Source: Erythrobacter sanguineus (GTDB taxonomy: Bacteria > Pseudomonadota > Alphaproteobacteria > Rhodobacterales > Rhodobacteraceae). From it: DNA of 35,171 bases. Shown here in pieces: positions 29,497-35,171 of this stretch (position 1 is the first letter of the stretch; each line of letters begins with the position of its first letter). Below the pieces are notes generated by a model. The model saw only the letters and a list, made by a program, of their open reading frames with translations. It had not been told where the DNA came from and searched no databases. The position numbers and the translations under genes were made by a program. Location of the stretch: NCBI GenBank assembly GCA_943368305.1, contig CALRKX020000001.1, positions 1 to 35,171 on the forward strand. The letters run 5' to 3'.

Positions 29497-31358
29497 TGCG
29501 GATCGGCTTCGGGATCGGCCTGGGCAGGCCGGGGGCGGTGGCCGGGGTGGCCCCCCTGTCTCCACCAACGCTGAGTCTGACCCTGATCCCCGCCGCGCCT
29601 GCGGTGGGGGATCTGGTCACGATAACGGGAATCGCCGGCGGCAATCCGGCTCCGACCGATTTTGCCAGCCTGACACTGACCATCGGCGGCACGGCGGTGG
29701 GCTTGGCGGGAACCGGGTTGGCTCGCACCTTCGTGGCGCGGGCGGGGGCAATTTCGGCCTCGGCCTCGGTCACGACGACCGAAGGCACGGCCAGCAATAC
29801 CTTGTCGGGCACGGTTGCGGCGGGCACCACCGTGGCCTCGCTCAGTGGTTTTGGCTCTTCGACGATCGAGGGTGACGGCGCATCGGGCACAGCCGCCTAT
29901 GCGCTGAACCTGATTGGCGGAGCGATGGCGGCGGGCACCCTTCGCAACAAGGGCATTGCCGGCACCGTGCTGCAAAACAGCCCCGACAGCACCGGCAATC
30001 CGATGGCCAGCAACGGGCGCGACCGGTTTGTCGCCGATCTTCTGGGGGCGAACCGCTCGGCGCGGCTTTGCATCCTTTATGGGGCCAATGACCTGCGCTA
30101 TACGGCAGCGCCCGCGACCTTCAACCTCGCAGGCTTTGCCACCGACATGCGCGAGGTGATGAACGGCCTTCTGCTGGGCGGCTATGCGCAGGGCGAGATC
30201 GTGATCGGGTCACCGAACTGGTATCCTGATACCACCTATTCCGTCGGCAGCGCGGGGTTCACCGGGTCGAACCGCACGATCCATGAAGCCTATGTGAACG
30301 AATGTTTGGCAATCGCCACCGAGTACGGCGTCGCCTATGCCGATGTTTACGGCAAGCTGCGCGATCTGGGGGGCGTTGCCCTGATGAGCGCGGATGGCCT
30401 GCATTGCAATGACGCCGGCCATCAGGTGATCGCCCATGCCTTTCTGACGGCGGCGCAGGTGAATACGCGGGCAGCGGTCACGTTGGGCGCGGCCAGTTCG
30501 CCCAGCCTGCAAACCCTGTCGCTGGGCTGGAGTGCGGTTGCTGGTGCCGTCAGCTATACGGTCGAGGCGGGGCTTTCGGGCAGCTACGGCTTTGCCCAGG
30601 GCGCCACGGTCACCAGCACCACGAACAGCTTTACCGGGCTGGCGGCGGGGGCCTATGTCGGGCGCGTCCGGGCGAATTTCGCCGATGGGGCAGGGCCATG
30701 GAGCTTCTGGACCACGCCGGTCACGGTCAGCGACAGTGCGGCACCCGCCCGCACGGTGACAGGGCAGGACACGTTCACCGGCAAGGTGGCGGGCACCTTG
30801 GTCGAGGCGCTGGTGCCCACGCTGGGCACCTGGGTGCGCCATGCCAGCAGCACCGGGAATGCGGCCATCACCTCGGATGCCGTGGCGCTGCGCGGGCCGG
30901 GGACAACCAGCCAGTTCTGCGTAGCGACCCTGGCTAATCAGGCGCTGGGGGCAGGGGTGTTTGTCGAGCTGGATTACAAGGTGCTGACCAACAACGCGCA
31001 ACTGACCAGCTATGGGGTGGCGCGGGCCTCTGCCGCCGATCTGACCTTTCTGGCGGCGGGCTATAACGGGGCGGCCTGGCGCATCCTGAAATATGTGGCG
31101 GGCACGGCGACGGTTCTGGGCACCTATACCTTTGCCGAGACGGTGGGCGCACTGCCCACCATGCGGTTCGAGGTGGAAACCGGCATCCAGCGGCTTTACC
31201 GCAATGATGTGCTGGTGCTGACCACGACTGAACCCGACAGCGGTCTTGGCGCCACGGGCACCGGGCTTGGCCTGCGGATAGGGGCGGGCACGACGGCCTG
31301 GACCTCGGCCAACGGCGCGCCCTACATCGGCATAAGGGTGGGCCGGCTGGGGGCGTGA
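29496..31358 (+). CDS. putative head-spike fibre (GhsB/rcc01080-like N-terminal anchor) with SGNH hydrolase, Fn3 and C-terminal beta-sandwich domains
   Basis: N-terminus MRIGFGIGLG; TGATG overlap with ghsA; SGNH blocks GSST, KGIAG, YGAND, DGLH; Fn3-like WSAVAGAVSYTV..TGL..Y..RVRA..GPWS. Confidence 0.72.
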   Translation: MRIGFGIGLGRPGAVAGVAPLSPPTLSLTLIPAAPAVGDLVTITGIAGGNPAPTDFASLTLTIGGTAVGLAGTGLARTFVARAGAISASASVTTTEGTASNTLSGTVAAGTTVASLSGFGSSTIEGDGASGTAAYALNLIGGAMAAGTLRNKGIAGTVLQNSPDSTGNPMASNGRDRFVADLLGANRSARLCILYGANDLRYTAAPATFNLAGFATDMREVMNGLLLGGYAQGEIVIGSPNWYPDTTYSVGSAGFTGSNRTIHEAYVNECLAIATEYGVAYADVYGKLRDLGGVALMSADGLHCNDAGHQVIAHAFLTAAQVNTRAAVTLGAASSPSLQTLSLGWSAVAGAVSYTVEAGLSGSYGFAQGATVTSTTNSFTGLAAGAYVGRVRANFADGAGPWSFWTTPVTVSDSAAPARTVTGQDTFTGKVAGTLVEALVPTLGTWVRHASSTGNAAITSDAVALRGPGTTSQFCVATLANQALGAGVFVELDYKVLTNNAQLTSYGVARASAADLTFLAAGYNGAAWRILKYVAGTATVLGTYTFAETVGALPTMRFEVETGIQRLYRNDVLVLTTTEPDSGLGATGTGLGLRIGAGTTAWTSANGAPYIGIRVGRLGA

Positions 31359-31365
31359 GGCGGCT

Positions 31366-32169
31366 TCAGGGCAGCGCGAACTCCTGGCGGATTTTCGCTG
31401 TCAGCGGGCGATAGCGGGCAAGGCGGCGCAGGGTATTCAGAGGATACCTCCTTAGACGGTAGAACGGGGTCATTGCGCGGAAAATGCCAGCGGTACCGCT
31501 GGCTGACCCCGAAACGCCGATACGATAGATCACGGCGGGAAAGGGAAGGGGAGCGAGTGCATCTGCGGTACCCTGCAAATCGGGCATGTTGAAAAGGTGA
31601 CTGCCCAGGCGCCGCTTGATCGCCGCAATATCGGGTTGGCCCTCTGATGTCTCGAAAGTCCCCAGAACCCGCCGCTTCAGGATATGTGAGGTGCCGCAAC
31701 TTCTGTGCAGCCGCCTGGTCCGGTAGCACCAGCGTCCGCCTGAATAGAGATAACCTTGCGGAATGTACCACCCCGGCGCAATCCGCTTCTGGGATACGAA
31801 TTCAGCCAGACGACTGCTGACAAAATCGTCGTAATCGACCGGCATGATGAAGGCCTCTGGCGGCAGGTCGCGCATGCCTTCGTAAATGCGCAGACCCTTA
31901 TCTTGGCGGATAGCGTCATAATACGCCTCCATGCCCTGCGCTGGGTCAGGCAGGTCGGGTGCGGGTAAATCGATGAAGCGCGCCACGCAGCGCGGTGGCA
32001 AGGGCGGCAGGATGGCGCCATGGCTGGCAACCAGCCGACACTCCCAATTCTGGGTGGTCTGAGCTGTGATTGAGGCCAGCGTCTGTTCAAGATTGCGCTG
32101 AACCGCATCCCAGTCATGGACCGTATCGTGATGACGGACAGGAATGACGAAATACAGAAGGCAACTCAT
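31366..32169 (-). CDS. GT-A-fold glycosyltransferase-like protein
   Basis: FVIPVRH, TLASITAQ, DxDD motif (VDYDDFVS), CGTS; follows GT2 genes on the same strand. Confidence 0.65.
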   Translation of the reverse strand: MSCLLYFVIPVRHHDTVHDWDAVQRNLEQTLASITAQTTQNWECRLVASHGAILPPLPPRCVARFIDLPAPDLPDPAQGMEAYYDAIRQDKGLRIYEGMRDLPPEAFIMPVDYDDFVSSRLAEFVSQKRIAPGWYIPQGYLYSGGRWCYRTRRLHRSCGTSHILKRRVLGTFETSEGQPDIAAIKRRLGSHLFNMPDLQGTADALAPLPFPAVIYRIGVSGSASGTAGIFRAMTPFYRLRRYPLNTLRRLARYRPLTAKIRQEFALP

Positions 32170-32216
32170 GAAACAGCCTCCAATATGGGTTGCGCGGAAG
32201 GTTTGCGAAAACCAAG

Positions 32217-33080
32217 TCAGGATAGCAGGCTACGCAAAAATTGCAGCGCAGTCCTTGGCTTTTTCCCCAGCAAAAATGCAGTCCGCAGATGTGGGCGCGC
32301 CTTTGCCTGTTTCTTCAGCTTTTGCCAGACCCGGCCCGTAATATAGTGATTGCGCGCGGCATGTCCGGGGTTGCGGGCAAAGATATCGGCGTATTTCTCA
32401 AGAATGCGCGCCCGCGCAATGGCGTCGTTTTCCACGAAGGACGAGATGTTTCCGGCGGTGGCGAAAATCACCACCATCGGTTCCGGCAGAAAGACGAACT
32501 CAGTCTCTTGCGCGACACGGATCATCAGATCCCAGTCCTGGAACCGCTTCAGCGCAGCATCGAAATACCCCACCTTGTCCAGCACTGCACGACGCACCAC
32601 CAGCACCTGGGTGCTGGTGGTGTTGCGCCGCAGGATCTCGGCCGAAAGATCGCCCTCCAACCGGTCAAAGACCGGCTCGGGGATGTAAAAGGTGCGTTGG
32701 GGGCTGGAAAACAGCGAACCGCACTAGCACAGGCCGGCCTGTGGATTGGCGTCCAGCGCCGCGACCTGTGCCGCCAGCTTGTGGGGCAGCCAGACATCGT
32801 CGCTGTCCTGAAAGCCGATCAGATCGCCCTTCGCCGCCTCGATCCCCAGATTGCGCGCGCCCGATCCGCCGCGGTTCACATCCGACAGGATCAGCCGCAC
32901 CTTGGGGTGGTCGCGATAGGTTTCCAGCACGGCGCGCGTGCCATCCCTCGAGGCGTCATCGACGATGATCAGTTCGAAATCGCCATAGGTCTGGGCCAGC
33001 ACGCTGTCGATGGCGCGTGCGACCAGCGCCTCTCGGTTATAGGCGGGCAGGATGACGGAAACGCGGGGAGTCTTGGTCAT
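32217..33080 (-). pseudogene. glycosyltransferase family 2 interrupted by one in-frame TAG (32724-32726)
   Basis: ORFs 32724..33080 and 32217..32660 are in the same frame; read-through gives ...AGLC*CGSLFSSPQRTFYIPEP...; N half has VILPAYNR, DDASRD, FQDSDD and C half has FD..LKRFQDWDL. Confidence 0.85.
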
Positions 33081-34055
33081 TCAGATATCCGCCCAGCCGT
33101 TCCACCATTCGGCCCGGCGCGTCCAGACCTCTTTCAATTTCGAGATATTGTCCTGACGGCTGGCGCTGTTGCCTTTCAGCCGCGCCCGCGCCTTGGCCCC
33201 CCAAAGTCTCATCAACGGCCAGAGACGGAACATCCAGGTAGCAAGTGCCTTCTGCCAACCGGGGAAGTGGTCTCGGATAAGCCGTATCTTGGCCTTCAGC
33301 AGCATCACCAGCTTTGACCCACGCAACTGTTGCGAGGCCCCGACATAATGGATGATCGTAGCCTCGGGTGTGATCATCGGGCGCGCGCCGATGACAGAGG
33401 CGCGCAGGCAAAGATCCGCCTCCTCGCCATACATCACATAGCTGAGGTCGAATCCATCCAGATGGTTCCACAGTGTGCGCTTCATCAGCAGGAATGCCCC
33501 GGTGACAATATCAACCTCGCGCTCGGTATCCCGCTGCCAGTCGCCATAGCCTTCGGGATTGAAGAGGGGGCTACGTTGAAAGATGCTGCTGAGGCCGGTC
33601 GTGGTGCAAAACACCGACCACAGCGTCATCTTCCCCCAGCAAGAGGTCGGGTTCAGGCTGCCATCACCGTAAAGCGTGCGCCCGCCCCAGATTTCCGCCT
33701 GTGGCGCGCGTTTGGCAAAGGCCAGAAGCCGATCAATCGCGCCGTCCAGCACCACGGTGTCGGGGTTCAAAAGCAGGATGTATTCGCCCCGCGCCACCTG
33801 GCCCGCGATGTTGTTGGCACGGGCAAATCCGTGGTTTTCGGTCTCGGCCATCAGCCGGACGCCGGGAAATTCGGCCGCCACCGCCGCCGCCGTTCCATCC
33901 TTCGAGTCATTGTCGATCAGGATGACTTCATGCGCGCAAACCGTCTGCGCCGCGATCGAGCGCAGGCAGTCCAGCGTCATCTCTCGGGTGTTGAAACTGA
34001 CAACAATCACCGAAACCTCGGGCAACTGGTCACTGGACTGAACGGAATTGGTCAT
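33081..34055 (-). CDS. glycosyltransferase family 2 (WbbL/GT2-like)
   Basis: SVIVVSFNT, IDNDSKDG, NHGFARANN, LLLNPDT, TGAFLL, MYGEEADLC. Confidence 0.9.
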   Translation of the reverse strand: MTNSVQSSDQLPEVSVIVVSFNTREMTLDCLRSIAAQTVCAHEVILIDNDSKDGTAAAVAAEFPGVRLMAETENHGFARANNIAGQVARGEYILLLNPDTVVLDGAIDRLLAFAKRAPQAEIWGGRTLYGDGSLNPTSCWGKMTLWSVFCTTTGLSSIFQRSPLFNPEGYGDWQRDTEREVDIVTGAFLLMKRTLWNHLDGFDLSYVMYGEEADLCLRASVIGARPMITPEATIIHYVGASQQLRGSKLVMLLKAKIRLIRDHFPGWQKALATWMFRLWPLMRLWGAKARARLKGNSASRQDNISKLKEVWTRRAEWWNGWADI

Positions 34056-34120
34056 CAATTTGCCCTGATCGGGAAGTCCCTTGCCCTGAATATCCTAGGG
34101 AAATCCCCGGGGCGCAATGG

Positions 34121-34136
34121 TGTTGCTGCAACGCAG
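34121..34136. promoter_or_regulatory. putative PhaR/AniA-like operator (CTGC-N3-GCAG)
   Basis: TGTTGCTGCAACGCAG in the divergent GT2/T1SS promoter region. Confidence 0.45.
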
Positions 34137-34184
34137 CTTACGGGCCGCCTGCGGCCAGCACCCGACAGCAGAAAGGAACGTCAG

Positions 34185-35171
34185 ATGGCCGTGACTGAAG
34201 GCAAGGCATCCGCCCCCTCCGCCGCCAGCCAGCCAGAGCTGAACGCCTATCGCAGCGCCCTGCGCGCCATGCGCCGCCCGGTCATGGCGGCGGGGTTCTT
34301 CAGCGCGCTGATCAGCCTTCTGATGCTGACCGGCTCGCTTTACATGTTGCAGGTCTATGACCGGGTGCTGTCTTCGGGATCGGTTGCCACCTTGCAGGGC
34401 CTGTTCGTCATCGTGACGCTGGCTTACGCCTTTTACGGTCTTTACGAATTCCTGCGCGCGCGCATCCTGTCGCGCGCAGCCATGCGGCTGGAGGGGCAGG
34501 TGGCCCCGGTGGCCTTTCGCGCCTGGCTGAAATCGGGGTTGCAGGGCGGGCAGGGTCAGGCCCAGCCGATGCGGGATCTTGAGATCCTGCGCAGCTTTCT
34601 GTCAGGCCCGGCGATCGGCGGGTTGTTCGATCTGCCGTGGATGCCGCTTTATGTGCTGATCCTGTGGCTGATCCATCCGCTGCTGGGGCTTCTGACGCTG
34701 GGGGGCGCAGGCGTTGCCATCGTGGTCGCGCTGGTCAACCACTGGATGACCCGTGGCTCGGCCGACCGCGCCATGGCGGGCGATGCCCAGGCGCGCGGCT
34801 TTGCCGATCAGGGCCAGCGTCAGGCCGAGCTGATCGAGGCGATGGGCATGCAGGCCGATGTGACCGCGCGCTGGCGCGAGTTGCAGGGCGCGGGCCTTGC
34901 CGCCAGCCAGCAGGGCACCGATGTGACCGAGGCGACCTCTTCCTTCTCGAAGGCGTTCCGCAATTTCCTGCAATCGGCCATGCTGACCCTGGGGGCCTGG
35001 CTGGTCTTGGGTCATCAGATGTCGGCGGGCATGATCATTGCCACCTCGATCCTGTCGGGCCGCGCGCTGGCGCCGGTGGATCAGATCATTGGCCAGTGGC
35101 GGGCCATCTCGCGCGCGGCCGTCGCCCACCGCCGCCTGACCGAGTTTTTTGACCGTGAAACCGCCACCCCG
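34185..35171 (+). CDS. type I secretion system permease/ATPase (PrtD/AprD family), 3' truncated by the window edge
   Basis: Not in the ORF track; read manually: RBS AAGGA, MAVTEGK...FFSALISLLMLTGSLYMLQVYDRVLSSGS..FDLPW.P..SILSGRALAPVDQ. Confidence 0.9.
   Translation, partial: MAVTEGKASAPSAASQPELNAYRSALRAMRRPVMAAGFFSALISLLMLTGSLYMLQVYDRVLSSGSVATLQGLFVIVTLAYAFYGLYEFLRARILSRAAMRLEGQVAPVAFRAWLKSGLQGGQGQAQPMRDLEILRSFLSGPAIGGLFDLPWMPLYVLILWLIHPLLGLLTLGGAGVAIVVALVNHWMTRGSADRAMAGDAQARGFADQGQRQAELIEAMGMQADVTARWRELQGAGLAASQQGTDVTEATSSFSKAFRNFLQSAMLTLGAWLVLGHQMSAGMIIATSILSGRALAPVDQIIGQWRAISRAAVAHRRLTEFFDRETATP

Noticed and set aside
29236-31358. Prophage remnant
   Set aside because: No capsid, terminase, integrase or lysis genes nearby; both ORFs are intact and coupled, matching stand-alone GTA spike loci
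32724-32726. Programmed amber recoding (pyrrolysine)
   Set aside because: No pyl genes in the window, other genes here use TAG as a normal stop, and a point mutation from Tyr or an error is simpler
34602-35152. Track ORFs 34602..35129 (-) and 34637..35152 (+)
   Set aside because: Alternative frames of the truncated T1SS ABC gene that starts at 34185

Overview
High-GC alphaproteobacterial DNA; gene content suggests Rhodobacteraceae (inference). 0.2-8 kb: an M24 Xaa-Pro peptidase, a complete dppABCDF peptide ABC transporter, a rhomboid protease and small ORFs. 8.6-35 kb: a capsule/exopolysaccharide region with a DegT-type aminotransferase, VPLPA-CTERM protein, Wzx flippase, several GT2/GT4 glycosyltransferases (one broken by a single amber codon), three acyl/acetyltransferases, an SGNH hydrolase, an ExoV-like pyruvyltransferase, an outer-membrane factor and the 5' part of a type I secretion ABC gene. 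In the middle is an intact plasmid/chromid replication module (parB-parA / ori / repA). Its origin has three 22-bp-phased iteron-like repeats that each start with GANTC and a perfect DnaA box, and an 18-bp parS-like palindrome occurs twice. The most striking element is a translationally coupled pair resembling the gene transfer agent (GTA) head-spike genes ghsA/ghsB (rcc01079/rcc01080 type). Its fibre carries an apparently intact SGNH esterase plus Fn3 and lectin-like domains and sits among the genes that would build and O-acylate the capsule. This suggests a replicon-borne receptor-plus-cognate-spike module. Also notable: a head-to-head pair of beta-helix paralogs with different predicted export routes, a perfect CtrA box, and repeated PhaR-like motifs. 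All family assignments are by eye; no searches were run.
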